DNA of 63,465 bases, the filler included, from Octopus bimaculoides (Eukaryota), in the NCBI RefSeq assembly GCF_001194135.2. It is 5 parts of 3 records of this genome, joined end to end, with 100 filler letters (N's around TTAATTAATTAA, not from the genome) between each part and the next. Parts side by side here need not be neighbours in the genome. Positions count along the whole stretch, not along the records: positions 9,928 to 28,397 come from NC_068984.1; positions 28,498 to 51,577 come from NC_068988.1; 3 more parts are not named here. The stretch is one strand, 5' to 3'. Each line of letters begins with the position of its first letter. Positions within the stretch are counted from its first letter, which is position 1. A model generated the notes under the pieces. The model was not told where the DNA came from, made no database searches, and was given only the letters and a program-made list of their open reading frames with translations. This document shows, piece by piece, positions 21,705 to 33,628 of this stretch. The position numbers and the translations under genes were made by a program.

Positions 21705-22100
21705 ATCTCGCATTGAGTCATCATCACTCAACACCCCACTAACACTGAGTCATCATCACTCACTCAGATTCACCAATATACCACCGAACCATCATTACTC
21801 ACCATCAACCACTTAGTCAGAGTCACCTACACTCACATCAATCACAGCACAACTGTGTCACTCGCACTCACTGAGTTAGAGCCAGATTCACCAATACACT
21901 ACTGAGTCATCTTCACTCACCAGCACATCGCTGATTCATCGTCATTTACCATCAGTCCATTGTGCCACCTACACTCACCGTCACATCAATACTCACAAGC
22001 ACATCGCTGAGTTAGTCACCTATACTCAACATCACCGACTGAGCCAAAGCCACCTACACCCAGCAATCCCTGAATCATCTGCACTCATCATGACACCAAT
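21705..22100 (+). repeat. Degenerate A/C-rich minisatellite (actgagtcacctacactcacc-like unit)
   Basis: Recurrent ctgagtca, cacctacactcac and agcacatcgctga words. Confidence 0.65.
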
Positions 22101-24123
22101 GAGGCATGGATGCTCACCACCCACACCATAGAATCCCATATACACACATCCACACCACCATATCTCCTACGCTCAGTAAAAATATTTTCTGAGTTTAGAT
22201 TAAGATATTTATTTCTGTTGAGTGTAGGGTTCTGTAAGAAGTTCACAGCTCATTTCCCCTCAACAGTTGAATACGTCTGGGGTTTAAAATCACAAAGACT
22301 GATTCATGACGAGTAACCCAAGCTGTATTAGTTTAAGATAGCTATAAGGGTATCATACTTAATGCAAACACATCACGGAAAGTCAAATTAACTGCGGTAT
22401 TCAACTGCAAATAATATCTCTTATGGAAGTACGGTGTTAATACAAAAATATATCAGTAGCAGATGAAAATCATCCAGTAGTGGTGATGACAATGCTAAAT
22501 GCTCATTTCTGTCACTTTGGGCTTTGTCAGTAGAAAGAATCCACTGGCACTCGCATACTGAGGCAAAATCTGCTGTTTATATATTTTTGTGTTTTTAACA
22601 CTTATCAGAGATATCTCAGAACGAATGCTGCATTAAATCAAGCTTTCAACGGTATGTCTGCCTTGAATAGGTAGACAGATTGCTATTTTAAACAAAGGCA
22701 TTTTATTTATCATTTATAGTGTAATAGTAAATCCGGTTCTGTGAATTGATTCAGTGAGCCCAGTTCGATCCCTCTTTGGAATGGCTCAGTTTCCTGTTTG
22801 ATGAAAATAATGCTTTCTTATACTGATACACAGATCTGTCTTCAACGTTTTGGTCTGATGTGATGGCATTCATGCCTATCCGATGTCTGGTTTGATGTGG
22901 TGACATTTTGTAATATTAATGCTTTTCTTAGAGATGAGGTGACGTCACTGAAGTTCTAAATGTTTAAGACTCTTACTGGATATGAGCATCGTTCTCATCA
23001 CGGGTTCCAATGCAGTCCGGGATATTTAGATTGGGGAAAGACACTTATTGATAATCGAAGATCGAACAGATCGAAATGTAGTGTAGATGTAAGTACTGTG
23101 TTGTAAAATAAGTACAAGGTCCATAGATACTGAGGGAGAGGGGCACATCTGATTATATGGATCCTAGTACATGACTGCTAATTATTTTATCGACCTCCGG
23201 TTGGCTGGACGGCAAAGTCGGCCTCAGCATGAGTTGAATGCGATTTGAACGCAGAATATAAACTGACACAACTAAACGATGCAGTCATATATATGTATAT
23301 ATATATATATNNNNNNNNNNNNNNNNNNNNNNNNNNNNNNNNNNNNNNNNNNNNNNNNNNNNNNNNNNNNNNNNNNNNNNNNNNNNNNNNNNNNNNNNNN
23401 NNNNNNNNNNNNNNNNNNNNNNNNNNNNNNNNNNNNNNNNNNNNNNNNNNNNNNNNNNNNNNNNNNNNNNNNNNNNNNNNNNNNNNNNNNNNNNNNNNNN
23501 NNNNNNNNNNNNNNNNNNNNNNNNNNNNNNNNNNNNNNNNNNNNNNNNNNNNNNNNNNNNNNNNNNNNNNNNNNNNNNNNNNNNNNNNNNNNNNNNNNNN
23601 NNNNNNNNNNNNNNNNNNNNNNNNNNNNNNNNNNNNNNNNNNNNNNNNNNNNNNNNNNNNNNNNNNNNNNNNNNNNNNNNNNNNNNNNNNNNNNNNNNNN
23701 NNNNNNNNNNNNNNNNNNNNNNNNNNNNNNNNNNNNNNNNNNNNNNNNNNNNNNNNNNNNNNNNNNNNNNNNNNNNNNNNNNNNNNNNNNNNNNNNNNNN
23801 NNNNNNNNNNNNNNNNNNNNNNNNNNNNNNNNNNNNNNNNNNNNNNNNNNNNNNNNNNNNNNNNNNNNNNNNNNNNNNNNNNNNNNNNNNNNNNNNNNNN
23901 NNNNNNNNNNNNNNNNNNNNNNNNNNNNNNNNNNNNNNNNNNNNNNNNNNNNNNNNNNNNNNNNNNNNNNNNNNNNNNNNNNNNNNNNNNNNNNNNNNNN
24001 NNNNNNNNNNNNNNNNNNNNNNNNNNNNNNNNNNNNNNNNNNNNNNNNNNNNNNNNNNNNNNNNNNNNNNNNNNNNNNNNNNNNNNNNNNNNNNNNNNNN
24101 NNNNNNNNNNNNNNNNNNNNNNN

Positions 24124-24158
<35 letters not shown>

Positions 24159-24906
24159 TTTCTTTTAAAATGAAATTGATAGTCAAAGATTATGTAGCAT
24201 TCATGCATTTCTGAAAGACAATAGGTGATGTAAGGTGAGAGTGACTTGACCTGGGAGACGAAAGCGGATCGTATATTCGCCTCATTGGTGGTTCCACGAC
24301 GCCGAAACACTGGTGAACATAAATGGCATTTGTTGTTGATGTTGAAACACTCGTTCATTTTGTAGGTAACCAAGCAGCAGGCTGCAGGATGCGTTGCAAG
24401 CAGTCTTGCAGGCAACCCTTGCCCATTGCAGGTTTGTCTCCCTTTGCTAGCCCTTGCGCACCGCTGCTACTGTCGCTATTGTCGCTACTGTCGCTACTAC
24501 TGCTACCCACACTACAACTGCTACCACCACCATTACCACTTCTGTCATCATCATTACAACACTTCAACTACTGTCTCTACAACAAAGTTCCCCTATTCCT
24601 CCTTTTCTACCACCACCACCACCGCCATCTCTATTCTCTTCTCTAAAATATTCTTTCTTTCTTTTTCTTCTTTGTTTTTTTTTTGTCCAGTTTCGTGTGA
24701 ACGATCAAAGTTTCCTCTCAAAATACCTGTCACTCCAACCAAATACTTATGTCTCCCAAACTTAGCCCAGACCCTAAAATACACATTTTGCTGGCCCTTC
24801 TTACCACCACCACCTCCTCTTCTCTCTTCTCACTCATCATCAACATTTCACACCCCTGTCAACCGTTTCAAGTCCTTTTTCTCTTCATCTCTCTTTCACA
24901 TTTCCA

Positions 24907-24973
<67 letters not shown>

Positions 24974-24974
<1 letters not shown>

Positions 24975-25345
24975 TCTTCGGAGATGAAGGAAATTTCTGT
25001 TCAGAAATCGTATCAGGAAAAGCATCGTGGGGTGCACACTGTCCAACTGCCCTATCAACAGCTTCAAAATGTGCTCGAAGACCTACGTAGTACATGTAGT
25101 AGTCCGCAAGAAATGTGGTACAATCCTAAAATGGGATCGCCACCAGAAAACTGCACATTTGCGTCAAAGACACATGCACACAAACGCTTCGGTCCATAAA
25201 CATCTGCAGAATTGCCAAACCTTGAACTTTGTTGTATCCATCAGAGCCACCGAATGTAACACAGGTGACTTTGGAATCAAGGAGGCCATCCTAATTATAA
25301 ATTGAAACCAGCATTAAACTACAGACAAGAACTACCCAAAGGAAA
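24974..25345 (+). mobile_element. Penelope-like element PLE-3, GIY-YIG remnant of a different family
   Basis: CTLSNCP...CSKTYVV...ATRKLH..VK...ASVHKHLQNC...IKEAILI..LKPALNYRQEL with frameshifts. Confidence 0.75.
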
Positions 25346-25416
25346 CTGACTATTATAACAACACTAATCTGTGTGTTTCACTACCTTCTGTATAACTGAG
25401 CATCTCTCATTTTTTT

Positions 25417-25464
25417 ATGTCCTGATGAAGAGGTGTTAATCCCGAAATATTGAATTACAACATA
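25417..25464 (+). ncRNA. Hammerhead family 3, degenerate, downstream of PLE-3
   Basis: AUGUC-CUGAUGA-A-GAGGUGUUAAUCCC-GAAA-UAUUG...; both core boxes intact, helix II has one mismatch, helix I/III register ambiguous. Confidence 0.5.
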
Positions 25465-26077
25465 AAACTTCAACTGCAGTTTTGTCCTCATTTTTGCATT
25501 TTATTTTACATTGTTTCGGCCTTAACAAGTTTTTATTTAATCCATACAAATACACATACGTACATAAACTCTCACACACACACACGCGCGTGCATACATG
25601 CATGTATGAATTCTAAAGTTAAACTGTTATAATCTCACTTCTGTAATTTCATAATTCTCTGCTTCTCCCCATCACTCTGTATTCATATACTTTTCATCTG
25701 TCCCATAAATAATCTTGTCTCATGCACCATATACTAAAACTCACTGCACCACCACCACCACCACCACTACCATTACTACCGCTGTCACCACCATGAGCCT
25801 CACAAAGCAACTGACCACTTCGCGCACGCACAACTGGTTTACTTTAAATGCAAGCGTGTACGCATGCGCGTGCTTTTATATGCATTGAGTGTGTGTGTCA
25901 GGTTGGGTTGACGTCTTTATGTGCACGTGTGTGAATCTGTGTGTGCATGTATTTGTGTGATTGCGCATGTGATTGGGAGAATGTGTTTGTAAATGCGTGC
26001 CTGAGTAAATGCTAATATATTCATGTTGGTAAATAAGATTGCATAAAGACATAAATATGCTTCTTTTGTGTGTGTGT

Positions 26078-26126
<49 letters not shown>

Positions 26127-26374
26127 TGTGTGTGTGTGTGNNNNNNNNNNNNNNNNNNNNNNNNNNNNNNNNNNNNNNNNNNNNNNNNNNNNNNNNNNNN
26201 NNNNNNNNNNNNNNNNNNNNNCTGTTTCTATGTTTTCTGCATAATGTTCTTTATGGTATCTGCATTTCTTTTGTATACATAAGTGTGGAAAACCCAGGTC
26301 CAAACTTTTTTACAAAAAACATCGATTGTTTCAACCTCATTATCGAAACAAAAACAAGTATAATAATAATAATG

Positions 26375-26432
<58 letters not shown>

Positions 26433-26439
26433 TGATGAT

Positions 26440-26665
26440 GATAATAATTTACTCAAGTTCGTTCTTATTGTTGGTAGAATTTATGTGGGTAGCGGGTAAC
26501 TACCAGTAACCTTAGGTACCCACAAGTTTTCATCAGTCTTTCAAGTGCTAAGAACTCTCCTGATAATCTTTCCTGTCCCTAAGAGGCAAACTTTCTGTAG
26601 AAGCTCTATAGGGCATTCTATTCCAATCTCCTTCAACCATTTCTCTATATCTTTACAATTTTCAT
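26440..26665 (-). mobile_element. RLE-type (R4/Dong-like) non-LTR 3' fragment
   Basis: KDIEKWLKEIGIECPIELLQKVCLLGTGKIIRRVLST*; runs into the (AAT)n tract at 26358-26447. Confidence 0.75.
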
Positions 26666-26699
26666 TATTAATATTATTACTATAATATACACTCAACAG

Positions 26700-27418
26700 A
26701 TTAGATTATTGGAAAAGAAAATCCTAACATCGGGCTACAACAAGTTGCCTTAGATGCTACGAACCTTCCTATTGGGTTACAGCAAGTAACCTTAGATGCC
26801 AAGAGCCCTCCTAAGTATCTTAGCCTGTCCCTAATAACACTGTTTTCTGGAGCTGTAATAATTTGGGTTTTATGCCTATTTCCTTTATCCATCTGTTCAG
26901 ATCTTTAGGGATAGTTCCCAATGCACCTATAACTACTGGGATACATTTTACCCGCACGTTCCTTAGTCTCTGTAATTCAATGGCTGGGTCCTGGTACTTT
27001 ACTATTTTTTCTGTACCGCTCATATAGATTTTGTTTCATAATTTGGCACTGTAAAGTCAATTATCTGGCACTTTCTATTCTTTTTATCTACTACTACTAA
27101 ACCAGGCCTTCTAGCTTCTATTACTCTGTCAGTATCTTATACTTCTTACTTTCTTATACTTTACTAGATTCCTGTTCAAACTATTTACCAGTATGGTCAA
27201 ATCCTAGCTTTCTACATAACTCCCATAGTGGATTACTCTTCCTAGATTGTCATATCTTTTCTTGTATTCTTTCTGTGCCAGCATGTTACATTCACTTACT
27301 ATATGGGTAACACTTTCCTCTTTTGATTTACATAATCTACGTTGGGAATCTACTTGGTTTTTATCTATCTTGGCTTTTATTCAATTAGTCCTTAATGGTT
27401 GACCTTGCGCAGATTATT
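26700..27418 (-). mobile_element. RLE-type (R4/Dong-like) non-LTR 3' fragment
   Basis: RLCKSKEESVTHIVSEC knuckle, RRPGLVVVDKKNRKCQIIDF, KYQD.AIELQRL...IPVVIGALG; 5' end abuts (ATT)n. Confidence 0.85.
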
Positions 27419-28169
27419 ATTATTATTATTGTTGTTGTTGTTGTTGTTGTTGATATTATATTTGTACATCAATCGAATGAGATAAATCGTTTAATGGAAA
27501 AGTAAAGTTTCAAATCATTCCAAAAAATGTTTCTGCGCTCGTTCATTTTGGCGATGAAGTTTATCAGGAGGATGTTCAAAACGTTTTCCTTGCCCCACCC
27601 CACACAATTCTTTGTGAGTGCGCTTGCAATCCCTGCACCCCCTATTCCAGAGCCTGTGCCAGTTCACTTTGTATAAATACTGTATACCGTCGTCATAATC
27701 TACGCTGCTTATTTGCAGTCTATATTGTATACGTATAACATTTGTGATATATGTAAACCGAGTGTATATTGCGTATGTTCTACGTACTGTAGGTATATCA
27801 TCATTATACTCTATATATACTGTTTCTATATTGTTTTCACACTGTATAAGTATTATTCATATACTGATTGTGTATTGTCTATATACTCTCTCCCCGCTCT
27901 CTGTATAAAACCTGTATCGTTAAAGGATGGTTTATAAATTTAAAATTATTTTAAAATATGAATATTGACTGAAAAAAAAAGTAGGACTCCACGCAAGTAA
28001 CATACAATTAATAATTTTAAATAAGATATAAATAATAAGTATAATTAATAAATATAATAAATAACATATAATTGATAATTTCATTGATAGCGACTTCAAA
28101 GTTTCGGCGGTAGATGGCGTTGTCAGTGTGCATCAACTTGTCTGCTCCATGCATAGACGGTAGAAGTAT

Positions 28170-28274
28170 AAAATAGACAGATAGATTGATAGATAGACAA
28201 ATAGACAGATAGATAGAGAGACAGATAGATTGATAGACAGACAGACCAACAGACAGGTAGACAGACAGACAGAC

Positions 28275-28319
<45 letters not shown>

Positions 28320-28397
28320 CATTTCTTTTATTAGCCACACAGGGCTCAACGAAGATGGGACAAATACAATGTAGAGCTTTTCTTTTTGGGAGGGGGA
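28170..28397 (-). mobile_element. 3' end of a young retroelement with an (ATCT)n tail
   Basis: About 80 bp identical to about 56152-56232, with AATAAA before the tail. Confidence 0.65.
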
Positions 28398-28497
28398 NNN
28401 NNNNNNNNNNNNNNNNNNNNNNNNNNNNNNNNNNNNNNNNNTTAATTAATTAANNNNNNNNNNNNNNNNNNNNNNNNNNNNNNNNNNNNNNNNNNNN

Positions 28498-28536
<39 letters not shown>

Positions 28537-28940
28537 GTATATATATATATTAATCACGCTTTTTTGTTACCGGAAGTCTACCGAATATCCGAACGAAGAA
28601 AAATGGTTAACGTGCGTCAAGACGACAAGATGCATCAATAGCATACATTGGAGAAGGACGAACTTGTTATGTTTTTTCAATCTTCCCCCAATGTTACTAT
28701 GACAATACCTTCTCCGTTAACCGGAACCTCAGTTGTGTGCGGGACTCACAAGTATATGATTTTCATTAATGGTTCTGCTTCATTTTGACTTCCATCAATC
28801 AATCCTCTTCAGCTGCATCTCTTCCCCTTAATTTGTTCTCCTGCAATTTTACCCCTCCTTTATATATATGTATACATTTTATGTTATCCATTACCGAGTC
28901 ATAACAAGAATCATTAACCGAAATATTTATGAGTTATTAA

Positions 28941-28987
<47 letters not shown>

Positions 28988-30089
28988 ATACTTAAGTTCA
29001 TATACAAATATATATACATGTATACACATGCATATGTAAATGTATGTGTATATCTATATCTTTCTATCTATATCTATATCTCTCCAGCTCTCTCCCTCTC
29101 ACTACTCTTCAAAAAGCGTGTGTTAGAATAGGGGTAGCTGATGAAGGAAAATGTTCTTTATGTGGCCTGTGTGTGTTCTGTGCTCTGGTTATTATTTCTT
29201 GTCTACGTTTTGTTTGCAATGTCCTGTACCCAGATATGCACCTATATATACAGGTAGACGTTAGTATGTACATACCTGTACGTATATATGCATATACNNN
29301 NNNNNNNNNNNNNNNNNNNNNNNNNNNNNNNNNNNNNNNNNNNNNNNNNNNNNNNNNNNNNNNNNNNNNNNNNNNNNNNNNNNNNNNNNNNNNNNNNNNN
29401 NNNNNNNNNNNNNNNNNNNNNNNNNNNNNNNNNNNNNNNNNNNNNNNNNNNNNNNNNNNNNNNNNNNNNNNNNNNNNNNNNNNNNNNNNNNNNNNNNNNN
29501 NNNNNNNNNNNNNNNNNNNNNNNNNNNNNNNNNNNNNNNNNNNNNNNNNNNNNNNNNNNNNNNNNNNNNNNNNNNNNNNNNNNNNNNNNNNNNNNNNNNN
29601 NNNNNNNNNNNNNNNNNNNNNNNNNNNNNNNNNNNNNNNNNNNNNNNNNNNNNNNNNNNNNNNNNNNNNNNNNNNNNNNNNNNNNNNNNNNNNNNNNNNN
29701 NNNNNNNNNNNNNNNNNNNNNNNNNNNNNNNNNNNNNNNNNNNNNNNNNNNNNNNNNNNNNNNNNNNNNNNNNNNNNNNNNNNNNNNNNNNNNNNNNNNN
29801 NNNNNNNNNNNNNNNNNNNTTCTTTGCTGGGCTGGAAGCCGTCTGTTGCAGCCATTTTCTAAAGTCTACTGATTTTCTTCTAACGAAGTGAAGTAAGTGT
29901 TCCAGTTTGTTCTGAATTAACTTGATTGACAGTTCAGGAGGTAGAAATACATCTACTACTCCACAGAGGACGTCCTCTGCACTGACTTCACTGCCTATTA
30001 CTCTTGTCACCCAAAACGAGAATTTTTCTACGTGGCAAACCGCAGGGACAATTCGTCAAACATTTGAACTGCTCTAAAGGGTACACATA

Positions 30090-30390
30090 GTGGAGCCACC
30101 TGACTTACTGATTTGAGTATCTAGTTCAAAATCGAAATGTCATGATTTCTATACTAGGCGACGCAATGTGCCATTGAGCAAAGCACTTTATTTCCCGTTC
30201 GCTCAGCTGGTAAATATCTGATGTTTGTGTATTTAAAAGAGCCAGCTTTGTAACATACAGTGTCACGCGGAAACTTCCTCTGAACTAAGATTAATTTTAT
30301 ACCTGTCTATGGAGTGCTAAGTCCACGAATAGGATGTTTCTTTGATCGGACCAAATGGAACCCTCGGTGTCATAACCGACAGAGTGCCAA
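30090..30390 (+). mobile_element. Degenerate SINE-like repeat
   Basis: CORE-like ccattgagcaaagcacttta; the tail resembles 53400-53455. Confidence 0.4.
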
Positions 30391-30419
30391 TCATATCTAC
30401 ATATATGTGTATGTGTATT

Positions 30420-30599
30420 TAAGAATAGAATGGAATTGGCAGAGCAAGAGCACACTCGCTGATGGAAAGTGTCGCTGAGGAGGTCACAGATGTGCGACGA
30501 AATATTTTCAGACAATGGACATGAGTTATAATACGAACGAATATAAACGATTGATGCACGATGTTTATTTGGCAAAAAAGATGACCGACCCCAAATACA

Positions 30600-30600
<1 letters not shown>
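30420..30600 (+). mobile_element. Solo PLE pseudo-LTR unit
   Basis: Aligns end to end with 333-520 (reverse complement), including the terminal ...ccc.aaatacaa; no coding remnant adjacent. Confidence 0.7.
30469..30514 (+). ncRNA. Hammerhead family 1, copy D
   Basis: GUGUCG-CUGAGGA-G-GUCACA-GAUG-UGCGAC-GAAA-UAUUUUC-AGACA. Confidence 0.65.
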
Positions 30601-30631
<31 letters not shown>

Positions 30632-30920
30632 TTCTGTATGTATGTGAATATGCTTGAGTTTCTGAGTAGTATAAAGCTTCTAACAAACACCACTCTGCGT
30701 CGTATGCTTTCCGCAGTTGTTAGGGGAAGTGCTAACAAGAAATTTTGAATAGTGATATTACGAAATTCGTCTCCAAATAAATATATGCGTAAATCTATTT
30801 TGTTAAAATGCATAAATGCAATTGAAATTCATAAATGCGTAAATACATAAATGCAATTCAAAATATACGTGTACGAGCTAATACACACACACAAACAAAA
30901 GATATATGTATATGTAGATG

Positions 30921-30965
<45 letters not shown>

Positions 30966-31463
30966 ATGTATTTGTGTTTGTGTTTATGCATTACTGCATG
31001 CTTGTGTTTGTCGCCTTTAAATTTCAACCGCTAGCAAAATCAGTAATTGCCTTGTATATACATANNNNNNNNNNNNNNNNNNNNNNNNNNNNNNNNNNNN
31101 NNNNNNNNNNNNNNNNNNNNNNNNNNNNNNNNNNNNNNNNNNNNNNNNNNNNNNNNNNNNNNNNNNNNNNNNNNNNNNNNNNNNNNNNNNNNNNNNNNNN
31201 NNNNNNNNNNNNNNNNNNNNNNNNNNNNNNNNNNNNNNNNNNNNNNNNNNNNNNNNNNNNNNNNNNNNNNNNNNNNNNNNNNNNNNNNNNNNNNNNNNNN
31301 NNNNNNNNNNNNNNNNNNNNNNNNNNNNNNNNNNNNNNNNNNNNNNNNNNNNNNNNNNNNNNNNNNNNNNNNNNNNNNNNNNNNNNNNNTATATATACAC
31401 GCACTCACACACACATGCACAAACACATATACACACATACATATATATATATATACATACATA

Positions 31464-31499
<36 letters not shown>

Positions 31500-31778
31500 T
31501 GTATGTATGTATGTATGTATTTGTAAATGTCGGTCTTTTGTAAATTTCTTTTACATGCTGATATCCTGTGGGATCCCAAAGCCATCAATAACAGATGTTT
31601 AAAATACAGTAATCAGCATTGATTTTAATCATGAGAGTTTTTGAAAATTCTAAAAATATATTTTTAATGATGTTTTTTGTAAAACTGTAACATCTTAGAA
31701 CTTAAGTGCTTCTTCTCATCTCCTCAACTCTCTCTTGCTCTGTGTTTCTAGTATTTATTATTATTATTATTATTAGTG

Positions 31779-31809
<31 letters not shown>

Positions 31810-32074
31810 AGGTTGTAGCTTTTGTCGTAGTGCGAGGTATATTATTAATGGCTGATTTTAAATATAAAACTAGAAAGCAAAAGTGATATTCTAAAAGTAC
31901 TTCTTTAATTTTTTTTTGTGGTTATTTTTCTTTTGTTTATTTTTTTTTGTTAATGCTAAGATAATACTTAATACTTTGATAACCATTCGTTGTTTCTTAT
32001 TCCTGACAATTCATAGTCGTTGCACTCAGCATTTGGTAACTCTGTCCAAAAATCTACATTTCGACACATTTCAG

Positions 32075-32800
32075 TAATCTAAGCAGTGCCGTAGAATCGT
32101 TAGCTCACAGGACAATATATGGAGTGGCATTTCTCTCGAATCACTATGCTAGGAATTCAAATTCTTCCGTAGTCTATTCTGCCTTTCATCCTTTTGGGTG
32201 TTCATCTTTTGTTAATCTTAAGATAATACGTTCATAATCATTCGCTGTATATTACTCCCGACCATTTATGGTCGCTGCGCTCAATCTTTGGTTACTCCGT
32301 CTAAAAGTCTGCTCTTCGAAATATTTCAGCAAATAAACAACGCCTTTAAGTAGCTAACTTGTGGAATAGCTACCTGATCGGATACAATATTGAGCGGCAT
32401 TTCTTCAGAATCATTACGCTGAGAGTTGAAATTCTTCCAAAGTTAAATTTGCCTTTTATTTTTCCAGGGTTTATTTTGTTTTCCTTTTAATTTTAACGTA
32501 ATAAGTTCATGTCTATTCGTTTCCTATTTGTGACCATTCATAATCGTTGCGCTCAGTCTGTGGTTGCTCTGTCCCTAAATCTACATTTCGACACATTTCA
32601 ACAACGAGGCAGTATCTTATGCAGCTAACTGGCAGAATTGTTAGCTCATCGGACAAAATTCTGAGTGGCATTTCTTTCGAATGATTGCCTTTGGACTTGA
32701 AATTCTTCCAAGGTTAAATTTGTATTTCTTACTTTCGGGGTCGATAAAATAAAACGCCTGCAAAATACGATGTAATCGACTTCCCCTTCCTGTCAGAAAG
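32075..32800 (+). mobile_element. Cluster of three degenerate SINE B copies with duplicated flanks
   Basis: Three repeats of the head (ggcatttct.tcgaatca...aaattcttcc); aatctacatttcgacacatttca occurs twice. Confidence 0.6.
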
Positions 32801-32869
32801 GCTGTATTTTTAATTTAAAAAAATAAAAAAATTAGGCACTCTGTTATTGTTGCTCTAGCACTCTCTTTT

Positions 32870-33145
32870 GCAGAACTGGTAAATTACGGGGACGCAAACA
32901 CATCAGCACCTGTTGTCAAGCAGTGTAGGTGAGGATAAACACAGGCACAAAAGCGCGCACACACACACTCACACACACACACATATACGATAGGCTTTGT
33001 TAAGTTTCCGTCTACCAAATCCACTCACAATGCTTTGGTCGGACTGAGCCTATAGTAGAAGACGCTTGACCAAGCTGGCACGCAGTGGGACACAATCCGG
33101 AAACATATAGTCGGGAAGCAAGCTTACACAGCCACGACTGCGCCT
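32870..33145 (-). mobile_element. SINE family A, degenerate
   Basis: Reverse complement matches the head and tail of family A. Confidence 0.7.
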
Positions 33146-33521
33146 GTGCTATCACATGTCTTCACATTGATATTATTTGGTCATCTACACCGATATATTA
33201 CTCTACTGCCTATAGACATGAATCCAACATTGATATAATTCATGCTTTTGACACGTACTATCATATGGTTTCTCATGCGTTTGTTTACTGTGGTTTCTAA
33301 ACGTCTTATTTAGCGTATCATATATTTACATCCTAATACATATATTAGTAATCACGATGATCTCCCAAGATGTTCACTGCACCTAATCTTGATCATATAT
33401 AACTGTTCCTAGAGTTGCCCCTGTCACTGCACTTAATTTTGATCATATATAGCTGACCCTATTAATGTCCATGGCAAATTTGTACGTTATTACTTTTAGA
33501 AATGATATCGTTATTTTATGA

Positions 33522-33628
33522 TATTAAAACTTGGGAGAGGCATTATGCCGGTAATAAACACAGGCACTGGTAATAAACACCAGTGCGTGTGTTTATTACC
33601 GGCGTAATGCCTCTCCCAAGGTTTAATA
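33522..33628. repeat. 107-bp near-perfect palindrome
   Basis: Arms 33522-33570 and 33580-33628 with about 3 mismatches; 9-nt loop. Confidence 0.9.

Noticed and set aside
23245-24415. Long ORFs spanning N-gaps (also near 29, 31, 40, 44, 45 and 50 kb)
   Set aside because: Artefacts of translating N as X.
24426-25199. 257-aa ORF
   Set aside because: Chance fusion of trinucleotide repeats with an off-frame PLE remnant.
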